Assembly: GCA_002869205.1 (NCBI GenBank)
Contig: PKTJ01000066.1
Location: 187-64,186 of the forward strand
Direction: 5' to 3'
Length of the DNA: 64,000 nucleotides
Origin: Candidatus Parcubacteria bacterium
Lineage (GTDB): Bacteria; Patescibacteriota; Patescibacteriia; Magasanikbacterales; UBA922
Position 1 is the first letter of the stretch. Each line of letters opens with the position of its first letter. Shown piece after piece: positions 31,301 through 40,705 of the stretch. The notes under the pieces were generated by a model. The model did not search any database, had not been told where the DNA came from, and saw only the letters and a list, made by a program, of their open reading frames with translations. The position numbers and the translations under genes are program-made.

Positions 31301-31822
31301 ATGGCAAAAACAAAACAAACTAAAGAACAAGCCGTTCAAGAGTTGGTGGAGAGCCTAAAAAACTCAAAATCAGCTGTTTTTGCAAATTTTCAAGGACTCA
31401 AAGTTTCTGAGTCTGAAGAGCTTCGCGCACTTTGTCGTGAACAAAACGTGAAGTATGTGGCTACCAAAAAGACATTGCTCAAGCGTGCACTCGCTGAACT
31501 TGATCTCGAAGTAGACACAAAAGCATTTGAAGGTGGTCCTGCTATCGTCCTCGGAGTAGAAGACGAAGTTGCTCCAGCTCAAATTCTTGCAAAATTTGCA
31601 AAAGATCATGAACTCGCAACTATGTTTGGTGGAATTTTAGAAGGAAACTATATTGACGGAGAAAAAGTCAGTGAACTTTCAAAACTTCCAAGCAAAGACG
31701 AGCTTCTTGCGAAAATGGTTGGTTCTCTCAATGCACCGGTATCTGGATTTGTAAATGTCCTTGCTGGTAATTTGCGTGGACTTGTAAGTGTACTAAACAA
31801 TATTAAAGACGCAAAAGCGTAG
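31301..31822 (+). CDS. rplJ: 50S ribosomal protein L10
   Basis: KKTLLKRAL and LSKLPSKDELLAK motifs. Confidence 0.96.
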   Translation: MAKTKQTKEQAVQELVESLKNSKSAVFANFQGLKVSESEELRALCREQNVKYVATKKTLLKRALAELDLEVDTKAFEGGPAIVLGVEDEVAPAQILAKFAKDHELATMFGGILEGNYIDGEKVSELSKLPSKDELLAKMVGSLNAPVSGFVNVLAGNLRGLVSVLNNIKDAKA

Positions 31823-31830
31823 GTAATATA

Positions 31831-31895
31831 CGGATTTCCGGATAATCCAGATTTACAGATATCTGTCGATCAGGATTATCCGGAGATAAGGATCT
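31831..31895. repeat. Repeat family B, copy 2
   Basis: CGGATTTCCGGATAATCCAGATTTACAGAT...GGATTATCCGGA, between rplJ and rplL. Confidence 0.8.
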
Positions 31896-31933
31896 AAAAG
31901 ATTAAGTTAAATTATCATAAATTTACAAAACGT

Positions 31934-32347
31934 ATGTCAGAAGAAACAAAAACAGAGGTAGTAGTACCAGAAAAATTTAAATCTCTTGTAGAAGAGGTTG
32001 AAAAAATGTCTGTACTTGACCTCGCAGAACTTGTAAAAGTTCTTGAAGACAAATTTGGTGTTTCAGCTGCTGCTCCTGCAATGATGATGGCAGGCGGTGC
32101 TGCTGCTGGCGGTGACGCTCAAGCTGCAGAAGAGAAGACTGAATTCACTGTTGAGCTTACTGCTGCTGGAGATAACAAAATTGGTGTTATCAAAGCTGTA
32201 AAAGCTGCAACTGGACTTGGTCTTGCTGATGCAAAGGCACTCGTAGACGGAGCTCCAAAAGCTATCAAAGAAAATATCGCAAAAGCTGAAGCTGAAGAGC
32301 TTCAAAAAGCTTTAGAAGAAGCAGGTGGTTCTGTAGAACTCAAATAA
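31934..32347 (+). CDS. rplL: 50S ribosomal protein L7/L12
   Basis: FGVSAAA hinge, [16 protein letters not shown]. Confidence 0.97.
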   Translation: MSEETKTEVVVPEKFKSLVEEVEKMSVLDLAELVKVLEDKFGVSAAAPAMMMAGGAAAGGDAQAAEEKTEFTVELTAAGDNKIGVIKAVKAATGLGLADAKALVDGAPKAIKENIAKAEAEELQKALEEAGGSVELK

Positions 32348-32353
32348 ATCGTT

Positions 32354-32707
32354 TGTCATCCTGAGCGTAGCGAAGGATCTTTCGAAAATAAGACCGGTGT
32401 TGATTCACCGGTTTTTATTTTTGTGATACACTACTAGTAGTATTCACTAACAAATTCATGTAATATGCATTTAAGTTGGGTTTTTGTTTTGATCTCTTTA
32501 ATTATTTTATACGGATTTTATGCATATAAGATGTATAAGAAAGATCAGGAGATAGAAAGGTGGAGATCAGAGTCTGAGAAATGGCATAGACGGTATAAAG
32601 AAAAAGGTGAAGAATAAAAAACTGACATTCTGCTGTCAGTTTTTCTTTTTAAAACATTTGTGGTCAGAAAGATCCCTCGACTTCGCTGCGCTCCGCTCGG
32701 GATGACA
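32354..32707. repeat. Imperfect inverted-repeat pair (TGTCATCCTGAGCG... / ...CGCTCGGGATGACA) enclosing a small gene
   Basis: Left arm 32354-32380, right arm 32670-32707. Confidence 0.7.
32465..32617 (+). CDS. 50 aa single-TM small protein
   Basis: Hand translation MHLSWVFVLISLIILYGFYAYKMYKKDQEIERWRSESEKWHRRYKEKGEE; extended -10-like TGATACACT upstream and CTGACA/TGTCAG terminator downstream. Confidence 0.55.
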   Translation: MHLSWVFVLISLIILYGFYAYKMYKKDQEIERWRSESEKWHRRYKEKGEE

Positions 32708-32708
32708 A

Positions 32709-34955
32709 TTACATATTAAATCTGTAGACTTTGTTTTCGTCTAGAAGATAGACTGATTTTTCAGATTCTTGTACCACTATGCTTGTCGGGTTTTGCCAAG
32801 CATCAGATGTGTACTGTCCTACGAAATTACCTTCCTTATCAATTGCTACAACACGCTTGTGTGTTGGTTCGAGAATGTATACATTGTTTACATCTGCATA
32901 GGTCCAGATCTCACGTGGATTTTCTAGTACTGGGTCAAGTCCTCGAATTTCAAATCCTTGTTGTGTTCCTGCAAAGAATTTAAGTATGGTATTGTCTGTC
33001 AGCACATATATGTCACCATCCACGGTAAGTGAACGTGCATTACTCAGTGAGTCTGTTTTGCTGGTTATCCATTCACTACCACGATCATATCCTGTTTGTA
33101 TTGGGTTGTGTTTGTAGATTTGATCATTTTCTGAACTCAATAGATATGTACGTCTGTTGTAAATTGATATATCAGTAAGAGGTGGGTCATCTACTGGATA
33201 TGTTATATCTTTGTTTGCAAATCCATTTGATTCCTTTTCAAGCTCAACTATATTGTTGTTGCTAGAAATAAATACCGCTTTGTCATCTTCTTTTGGTACA
33301 TCAGCCGCTGATAATTGCGCGATGGTTTCGTGCTTTTTTTGTTCTACATTTTTTGTTATTGGGTCTACGGTGTAAAGGATTTCGTCTTCAGGGCCGTATG
33401 CAAGTATTTTTTCATTAAATAATATAATGTTTGTGGTGTTTGCCTGCCCGTTTGAAACAGATAGGTCTGTGATGAGTTCAGCGTCAACAACAGTTATGTT
33501 TCGCAATGTCTGTAGTAGAGTTTCAATGCTTTGTTTTAAATTGTCGCTTGTTTCTCTTTCACTATCTTTTTTTGTAGGAAGCGTGCTTGCGAGCTCTGAT
33601 GCTTCGTTGAGAAGTTCAAGTGCTTTCTCATCTTCTCCATACAAGAGTCTACTTTCTGCTTCATCTCTTTTTTCTTCAATCGTTTCAATAAGGGTCGTGT
33701 ATTGTGCCTGTTTTATTTCACGGTTTTCTCGCACCTTTATATAGGTAATACTTCCAATAAATAGTATTACAAATACAAGTAAGGCAATAAACAATACTTT
33801 ACTTACCATGCCCATATGTCTTACTTGGTGCTTTTTGTTATCAATATATGATTTTGAACTGTCGATAGTTAGTGTTCTCTTTCCGTTCTTATTGGTAATA
33901 AAATAAAAGCTGTGTTGTAAAAATAAAGCTGTCCATTCAAGTATCTTTTTTGAAACAATAAATAATCCGGTTCCGAGAATCACAATACCTCGTCCAAGTA
34001 GGATAAGTAATTTTCCTGTCCAATTTTCTTGAGATTGGACAGAAGATGTGCGGTGGTTAGTTTCTATATTTCCATGTCGTGTTGTCTTTGTCTCTGTTGC
34101 ACGTTTTTTTGCTTTTTCTACTCGTTTATTCTTTCCTGAGGTAAATTTTTGAAATACGTCTTTTACCTTACCTTTGGCATGCTTCATGATGGGTGGAGAA
34201 AGCGTTTCTTCTGTTGCTTTTGCCGTACCAAGAAAGTTATCAAGAGATGCTTGTGAACCAACATGCTCTTTTTCGTCTTCTTCTATAAGTGGTTGTATAG
34301 ATTTTGGTGTGTGAAATAATATACCACCAAAGGAGTATTCATTTTTTAGACTTTCAAGTACCTTGCCGATATGCATGGCACTTTGTCTTGTGGTGCGCGA
34401 CTGCAGTATCTTTCGTACACGATCAGAAGAGAAGAAATCATTGACATGCGGTGTTGCAATATACACGAAATCTCCTTTGCTTATATTTCCTTCCACTACA
34501 GCTGAAAAAAGTTGGTGTGAATTGTTGGTATCTCCGTCTATAATAGATGTCTCTCTGAGTCCGTCTGGTGTTGTGTAGTAGAGTAGTGCTTGTGGTGCAC
34601 CGTGATAGGCGAGCACTAGTCGTGAATTATTGAGTGTGCCAACGAGTGCATTTATTTCACTTTCTTTGTATCCGAGTATATGGTGACTTTTGCGATTGAT
34701 ATCCTGGATGATGTGTTCAAATGTTTCATCATCAACATCTTCGGTTTCATAGTATTCAGTTTCTATCTCATCAATGATTTGTTGGAGTTGTGTGATCTGT
34801 TCATGGTGGCTCTCGTTTATTTCGATGAGTGCAAAAAAATAACCCTTTTCTTTCTCCTCTTGGGTTACGGGTTCTGCAAGGTGGAGGAGTACATGAGAAG
34901 TCTGTTGATCATTTCCTTCAACAAAAAATTCTTGAATTTCGAGTTTATTGTTCAT
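32709..34955 (-). CDS. Large membrane protein: N-terminal PP2C-like domain, TM segment, C-terminal beta-propeller-like domain
   Basis: Hydrophobic segments mid-protein; C-terminal repeats (DISIYNRRTYLL, LTVDGDIYVL, VYILEP); fold calls are inferred. Confidence 0.7.
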   Translation of the reverse strand: MNNKLEIQEFFVEGNDQQTSHVLLHLAEPVTQEEKEKGYFFALIEINESHHEQITQLQQIIDEIETEYYETEDVDDETFEHIIQDINRKSHHILGYKESEINALVGTLNNSRLVLAYHGAPQALLYYTTPDGLRETSIIDGDTNNSHQLFSAVVEGNISKGDFVYIATPHVNDFFSSDRVRKILQSRTTRQSAMHIGKVLESLKNEYSFGGILFHTPKSIQPLIEEDEKEHVGSQASLDNFLGTAKATEETLSPPIMKHAKGKVKDVFQKFTSGKNKRVEKAKKRATETKTTRHGNIETNHRTSSVQSQENWTGKLLILLGRGIVILGTGLFIVSKKILEWTALFLQHSFYFITNKNGKRTLTIDSSKSYIDNKKHQVRHMGMVSKVLFIALLVFVILFIGSITYIKVRENREIKQAQYTTLIETIEEKRDEAESRLLYGEDEKALELLNEASELASTLPTKKDSERETSDNLKQSIETLLQTLRNITVVDAELITDLSVSNGQANTTNIILFNEKILAYGPEDEILYTVDPITKNVEQKKHETIAQLSAADVPKEDDKAVFISSNNNIVELEKESNGFANKDITYPVDDPPLTDISIYNRRTYLLSSENDQIYKHNPIQTGYDRGSEWITSKTDSLSNARSLTVDGDIYVLTDNTILKFFAGTQQGFEIRGLDPVLENPREIWTYADVNNVYILEPTHKRVVAIDKEGNFVGQYTSDAWQNPTSIVVQESEKSVYLLDENKVYRFNM

Positions 34956-35112
34956 AGTTAAAATACGTTGACTTTTATGGTCATACTTATTATACTATAA
35001 CTCGCAAAAGCTTGGAAGAGCTGGTAGGCCAAAAAAGCCCACAGGGCCTTGAATAGTAATGGAGGATTTTTTAGAAAGATGTCAGTTTATCGGCATTTTA
35101 AAATATCAGTAT

Positions 35113-35721
35113 ATGCTTGAACAACTATTTGGTTCAAAGACCAGATTAAAAATTTTACGTGTTTTCTTTCGTGATCCCCAGGAATCTTTCTTTGTTCGGG
35201 AGTTGTCACGGCAAGTAGGTGTTCAGATCAATGCCGTTCGTCGCGAATTAGAGCTACTTCTGAGGCTGGATATTATCCAGGAAAAAGAAGAGAAAGAAAA
35301 AAAGGCAGAGGAGATAACGAGTGGTAAGGCAGGTGCGGGATTACGTAAATATTACCAACTTAACCCTGAGTCAATTATTTACTCAGAGCTTCAGGCACTT
35401 CTTTTGAAAGACACCATCATTGGTCAAAAAGAATTTATAAAAGAACTTGAACAAAAGTCAGGGGATGTAAAATTGCTTGTTTTGACAGGGGAGTTTACCG
35501 GCACAAGAAAAGCACCAACTGACTTACTTATTGTTGGAAAAATAAAACCACGGTCACTTTCAAAAATTATAGAACAGTATGAGAAGGATTTGGGATTTGA
35601 TATTCGCTATACCGTGATGAGCGATGGTGAGTTTGCTGATCGTAGATATGTGATGGATAAATTTATATATGGAGTCTTTGAGGCAGAACATTTGAAGGTG
35701 GTAAACAAACTAGGTGTATAA
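35113..35721 (+). CDS. Winged HTH plus nucleotidyltransferase-like protein
   Basis: LFGSKTRLKIL...FVRELSR...INAVRREL helix-turn-helix; TDLLIVG. Confidence 0.75.
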   Translation: MLEQLFGSKTRLKILRVFFRDPQESFFVRELSRQVGVQINAVRRELELLLRLDIIQEKEEKEKKAEEITSGKAGAGLRKYYQLNPESIIYSELQALLLKDTIIGQKEFIKELEQKSGDVKLLVLTGEFTGTRKAPTDLLIVGKIKPRSLSKIIEQYEKDLGFDIRYTVMSDGEFADRRYVMDKFIYGVFEAEHLKVVNKLGV

Positions 35722-35735
35722 AACCTACAAAATAT

Positions 35736-36122
35736 ATGTTTTTGTTAATCGACATGTCAGAGCTAGACCAGATTCATCTGGCTCTTTTTGATTCAGAAAA
35801 GCGGTTTGACAAAACATTTGAAGGAAGAAATCGTGAGCTTCTAGCATCGATCGACACATTAACGAAAAACCATGGAGCATGGAGCATGGAGCAGTTGGAA
35901 GGTGTTATGGTTGTGGTGGGTGCGGGGAGTTTTACGAGTACCAGGATTGCATGTGTGGTGGCGAATACGTTTGCTTATGCAAAGCAGATTTCATTACTCG
36001 CTATTTCAGTTGACCAAGTTGATCAAGTGCAGGATTTAATCCCAGAACTTTTGAAACAACCAAAGGGGCAGTATATTTCAGCAACTTATTCAGCTGAGCC
36101 AAATATTGGGAAGAAAAAGTAA
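35736..36122 (+). CDS. tsaB: Short TsaB (t6A biosynthesis)
   Basis: VVGAGSFTSTRIACVVAN and YSAEPNI. Confidence 0.8.
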   Translation: MFLLIDMSELDQIHLALFDSEKRFDKTFEGRNRELLASIDTLTKNHGAWSMEQLEGVMVVVGAGSFTSTRIACVVANTFAYAKQISLLAISVDQVDQVQDLIPELLKQPKGQYISATYSAEPNIGKKK

Positions 36123-36123
36123 T

Positions 36124-36399
36124 ATGAAACGTCTCACACTAAAAATTTATGGAGATGTACAAAATGTCTTTTTTCGTCAAAACGTGCTTGAAGTTGCCAA
36201 GAGACTGCAACTAACTGGTTGGGTGAGAAATGATAAAGACGGATGTGTGTCTGTTGTTGCAGAAGGTGAAGAAGATAAACTTATTGAGTTATTGGGTTAT
36301 TGTAGTGAAGGACCAAAGATGTCTGTGGTAGAAGATGTCGTAGAAAAGTGGGAACATATAAAATCTAATAAGTTTGAGGAGTTTAAAATCATGTATTAG
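36124..36399 (+). CDS. acyP: Acylphosphatase
   Basis: GDVQNVFFR and LTGWVRN. Confidence 0.9.
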   Translation: MKRLTLKIYGDVQNVFFRQNVLEVAKRLQLTGWVRNDKDGCVSVVAEGEEDKLIELLGYCSEGPKMSVVEDVVEKWEHIKSNKFEEFKIMY

Positions 36400-36403
36400 C
36401 ATT

Positions 36404-37891
36404 ATGCTTACTGACTATCAACGGTACAGACTATATGAGATATTGCCAGGGTTGACTATCTGGCTTACTTTGATACTCGGGATTTTATTTTCGTTTATAA
36501 AACCATTATGGATGATATATTTTATCATTCTTTTTGATATATATTGGGTACTCAAGGTTATTAATTTTGCGTTTTATCTTGTCACTGCGTGGTTTCGGTT
36601 TCGTCGTGTCAAACGTGTTGACTGGAAAGACGCTCTTCATCATGAAATTACAGATTATGATACCAAGCGTCATATTGTATTTTTGACCGTATATAATGAA
36701 TCTTGGGATGTGGTACGAAGTGCCATGCAAAGTGTGTGTGATGCATGCTATGATCATACTAAATTCACTATTGTTGTGGCGGGTGAAGAAAAAAACAAAG
36801 AACATTGTGAACAGATTTTTAGACATGTTGAACAAACATTTGGTGATTGTTTTGCTGACACCGTATTTACATTACATCCGTCAGACTCAGACGGAGAAAT
36901 CCCGGGCAAAGGATCAAACCTTCATTTTGCAGAGACACAGATGAAAGTATATGTTGATAAGAAAGGTTGGAATTATGATGATATTATCGTGACTGTCTTT
37001 GATATCGATACCGTGTGTCACTCAGGATACTTTGCATATCTCACATACTTATATTGTACACATCCAAATCCTACACGATCATCATTTCAGCCAATTGCTC
37101 TATATAATAACAATATGTGGGAATCTCCATCGATCTTGCGTATTATGGCATTTAGTACCACGTTTTGGACCATGATGAGTCTGGCTCGACAAGATTCGCT
37201 GGTTACATTTTCGTCACACTCTATGAGCTTCCGTGCATTGGTTGATGCAGGATTTCATGAAAAGCGTATTGTGAGTGAGGATTCTCGTATTTTTTATCAG
37301 TGTTTGCTCAAGTATGATGGTGAATATGAAGTAACACCAATGTACATGCCTGTATCTATGGATACGGTGCGTGATGATAATTGGTGGCAAAGTATTAAGA
37401 ATTTATATGGGCAACAACGTCGATGGGCATGGGGTGTTGAGCATGTACCTTACTTGTTGTGGGAATTTCGTAAAAAAGGAAACAAGATTCCACTTTGGAA
37501 AAAATTTAAATGGGTTTTTATAGAATGGGAAGGTAAGTGGTCGTGGTGTCTGGCAGCTCTTATTATTACTATTTTGGGGAGACTGCCTTTGTGGGTTGCC
37601 GGACCTGAGGTTCGTCAAAGTGCGTTGTTTTTTAATGCACCACATTTACTCGAAGTACTCATGCTTACCGCTATGACAGGGCTCATGCTTTCTGCTATAC
37701 TAAGTATTCCTATACTACCAAAACGTCCCGAAGTACATTCAAAACACATGTACATCATCATGCTGTTGCAATGGATTCTTTTGCCTATTGCAATGATCCT
37801 CGTTGCAGCTATTCCTGCGATTGATGCAGTCACACATTTAATGTTTGGTAAGTATCTAGGCTTTAATGTTTCACAAAAGAAAAGAAATTGA
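36404..37891 (+). CDS. Membrane glycosyltransferase, GT2-like
   Basis: GKGSN, DID, SEDSR and QQRRW motifs with flanking TM helices. Confidence 0.85.
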   Translation: MLTDYQRYRLYEILPGLTIWLTLILGILFSFIKPLWMIYFIILFDIYWVLKVINFAFYLVTAWFRFRRVKRVDWKDALHHEITDYDTKRHIVFLTVYNESWDVVRSAMQSVCDACYDHTKFTIVVAGEEKNKEHCEQIFRHVEQTFGDCFADTVFTLHPSDSDGEIPGKGSNLHFAETQMKVYVDKKGWNYDDIIVTVFDIDTVCHSGYFAYLTYLYCTHPNPTRSSFQPIALYNNNMWESPSILRIMAFSTTFWTMMSLARQDSLVTFSSHSMSFRALVDAGFHEKRIVSEDSRIFYQCLLKYDGEYEVTPMYMPVSMDTVRDDNWWQSIKNLYGQQRRWAWGVEHVPYLLWEFRKKGNKIPLWKKFKWVFIEWEGKWSWCLAALIITILGRLPLWVAGPEVRQSALFFNAPHLLEVLMLTAMTGLMLSAILSIPILPKRPEVHSKHMYIIMLLQWILLPIAMILVAAIPAIDAVTHLMFGKYLGFNVSQKKRN

Positions 37892-37897
37892 AATATT

Positions 37898-37978
37898 GAG
37901 ATACGGATTTCCAGATACCCTAAGGGCATCCATCTTCGGGGATAATCCAGATTTACGGATTTTGTATCTGTATATCAG
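37898..37978. repeat. Repeat family B with nested CCCTAAGGGCAT element, copy 3
   Basis: Same composite layout as 52021-52110. Confidence 0.75.
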
Positions 37979-37989
37979 AATATTATTTT

Positions 37990-39489
37990 ATGAATAATCA
38001 GTACAAACCAATTCAACTTCATAAACCACGTAAATGGCCATGGGTATTATTTGTGATTGTTTCGATATTGTTTGGTACTGGTTGGTATGCATATACATGG
38101 CTCAAACAGTTGGATCCCGCAGATATATTTGAATCTGAATTTGTACGTGATCAGGTTGAGCGTCAGCTCGGAGAGGATAAGGCTGAGTTGTTTGACCTCT
38201 TGCCAGGATTGCTTGGGTTTACTGAGAAAAAAACATACCTTGTACTACTATTGAATAATACAGAGATGAGACCAGGCGGAGGATTTATTGGAACCTATGC
38301 AGTTGTGGAGGCCAATAAAGGAAGTGTAAATGTGCTCGAGGTAGAAGGAACAGAGCGTATTGATGGGCGTACTCCTGCGAGTTGGAATCCGAAACCAATT
38401 CCTGTTTTGGAAGAGCATTTACATGTTGATAAATGGTATTTTCGTGATAGTAATTGGTCACCCGATTTTCCTACGGGCGCACAAAAGGCACTTGAACTAT
38501 ACAAAGGAGAGAGTGGTGTTGCGGCAGAAAGAATTGATACGGTAGTAGCAATTACTACGACTGTTTTAGAAGAGTTGTTAGAAATCACTGGCCCTATTGA
38601 AATACAGGGGATTACATTTGATGCTCAGACAGGTATTGAAACACTTGAGTATGAGGTAGAATATGGGTTCAAAAAGAGGGGTATTTCTTTTGCTGAAAGA
38701 AAACAAATTATTGAGCCGTTTATGAGTGAGCTTATGGATAGGTTAACTGATGATGTTTTTCAAAATCTGGATATTTATGAAGAGGCGTTGAACAAGATGA
38801 CTGAAGAAAAACATTTGTTTGTATATTCCAAAGATGAGGATTTTCAAAAAAAGATGGATGAGTATGATTGGTCTGGTCGTATGCATGAGTCAACAGGTGA
38901 TTATCTTTTGTGGACAGACGCAAACTTGGCTGCACTGAAGACTGACCATGCAATGGAGCGCACACTTTCGTATTCTCTTTCAAAGCGTCCTCCTGCTCAC
39001 GAGTTAGAAGATTTTCATTATTTGGCAGCTGCAACAATGACATATACCAATAATGGTTCATTTGATTGGCGTACGACGAGATATCGCACATACGCACGTG
39101 TATTTGTTCCACTTGGATCCAAGCTTGTTTCTGTAGTTGGGTCGATGAAGTGGGATCGCACGGATGAGGAAGGTGTTGTCGATGAGGGTATTGAGAATGG
39201 TAGACAATGGTTTGGCACCTTTATTGCAATCGAGCCAGGAGAAACAAAGTCACTTGAATTTATTTACAGATTACCAGCACATGTGACTGATGATATAGAA
39301 AATGATTCGTATACACTTTTTGTTCAAAAGCAGTTAGGAACTATTAATCATGGTTTGACGCTTGGTCTGGATTTTGGTAAAACTATTACAGTGGCCAAGC
39401 CTGCAGAAGATGAGCAGGAGTGGTTTGATACATCATATACATATAGTACAGATTTACATATAGACAGAGAGTTTCATGTGAGCTTTTAA
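37990..39489 (+). CDS. DUF4012-like membrane-anchored protein
   Basis: YLVLLLNNTEMRPGGGFIG, RDSNWSPDFP, YARVFVPLGS. Confidence 0.8.
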   Translation: MNNQYKPIQLHKPRKWPWVLFVIVSILFGTGWYAYTWLKQLDPADIFESEFVRDQVERQLGEDKAELFDLLPGLLGFTEKKTYLVLLLNNTEMRPGGGFIGTYAVVEANKGSVNVLEVEGTERIDGRTPASWNPKPIPVLEEHLHVDKWYFRDSNWSPDFPTGAQKALELYKGESGVAAERIDTVVAITTTVLEELLEITGPIEIQGITFDAQTGIETLEYEVEYGFKKRGISFAERKQIIEPFMSELMDRLTDDVFQNLDIYEEALNKMTEEKHLFVYSKDEDFQKKMDEYDWSGRMHESTGDYLLWTDANLAALKTDHAMERTLSYSLSKRPPAHELEDFHYLAAATMTYTNNGSFDWRTTRYRTYARVFVPLGSKLVSVVGSMKWDRTDEEGVVDEGIENGRQWFGTFIAIEPGETKSLEFIYRLPAHVTDDIENDSYTLFVQKQLGTINHGLTLGLDFGKTITVAKPAEDEQEWFDTSYTYSTDLHIDREFHVSF

Positions 39490-39511
39490 TTGAAGATTAA
39501 ATCGTTATAGT

Positions 39512-40513
39512 ATGAAAAAGGTAGGAATTGACCTCGGTACAACTAATATACTTGTTTTCGTTCCTAAGCGAGGTATTGTTATTAATGAGCCATCGGTGGT
39601 AGCAATCTCAAAAGGAGACGGAAAAATTCTTGCAGTTGGTGGTGAAGCAAAAGAAATGATTGGACGTACTCCCGATACTATTATTGCAGAGAGACCACTC
39701 AAAGATGGTGTGATTGCAAGTTATAAAACAACAGAAGCTATGCTTCGTTATTTTATCAACAAGGCAATCGGTGGTATGCGACTTTTTCGACCAGAAGTAA
39801 TGGTTGCTGTTCCTGCAGGTATTACATCTACTGAACGTCGTGCGGTTATTGACGCTGCGATGGCAGCAGGTGCAAAAGCAGCTTACATTATAAAAGAACC
39901 TATTGTTGCGGCAATCGGAGCTGATATTCCTATTGGTAGTGCGTCAGGTCATATGATTATTGATATTGGTGGAGGTACAGCAGAAATCGCTGTGATTTCA
40001 CTCGGCGGTATTGTATCAGTAGGATCTGTGAGGATCGGTGGAAATAAATTTGATCAATCAATTGCAGAATATGTTCGTAGAAAATATGGTTTGGCAATAG
40101 GGGACAGAAGTGCCGAAGAGGCAAAAATTAGTGTTGGTTCTGCTATGTTTATGGATCAGCCTCTGAGTATGGAAGTAAAAGGACGAGATATGATCTCAGG
40201 ACTTCCGCGGACTATCAAAATTACTTCTGATGATACTACTGAAGCATTGCAACATGACCTTGAGGGTTTGGTAGAAGCAGTAAAAGATGTACTTCATAAG
40301 ACACCACCAGAATTGTCAGCTGATGTTATGGATAAAGGCATTATTATGTCCGGTGGTTCAAGTCAGCTGAGAAACCTAGATGAACTCATTGCTCAGGCGA
40401 TTGGTGTGGCAACATATGTGGCAGAAGAACCATTGCTTTGTGTGGCAAAAGGAACAGGTATTGCACTTGAAAATTTAGATAATTACAAACGGTCAGTTTT
40501 GGCCACAAAATAA
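39512..40513 (+). CDS. mreB: Rod shape-determining protein MreB
   Basis: GIDLGTTN, RPLKDGVIA, DIGGGT, TPPEL. Confidence 0.96.
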   Translation: MKKVGIDLGTTNILVFVPKRGIVINEPSVVAISKGDGKILAVGGEAKEMIGRTPDTIIAERPLKDGVIASYKTTEAMLRYFINKAIGGMRLFRPEVMVAVPAGITSTERRAVIDAAMAAGAKAAYIIKEPIVAAIGADIPIGSASGHMIIDIGGGTAEIAVISLGGIVSVGSVRIGGNKFDQSIAEYVRRKYGLAIGDRSAEEAKISVGSAMFMDQPLSMEVKGRDMISGLPRTIKITSDDTTEALQHDLEGLVEAVKDVLHKTPPELSADVMDKGIIMSGGSSQLRNLDELIAQAIGVATYVAEEPLLCVAKGTGIALENLDNYKRSVLATK

Positions 40514-40519
40514 TTTATT

Positions 40520-40665
40520 AACCTGGGTGGCGTGTAATTCGCCAACTGGACGTGAGCCCAGTACCGTATGGTACAGGGTATAGCCGTCGATCCACATTTA
40601 GTGGAATGATTCCGTGCAACTCGGAAGCCAACCGTATAGTCGGGACCCTGACGTTAGTCGGGGTA
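40520..40665 (+). ncRNA. FMN-riboswitch-like (RFN) element with an atypical 3' end
   Basis: Four arms in RFN order: GGCG-TGTAATT-CGCC, GACG...TATAGC-CGTC-GA, TTCCG-TGCAACT-CGGAA, GCCAA-CCG-TATAGT-CGG-GA; upstream of an EamA gene that has an SD motif. Confidence 0.65.
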
Positions 40666-40705
40666 TCACATTGTGTTCCTGCATAGTGTGATAATAAGGA
40701 AATAT

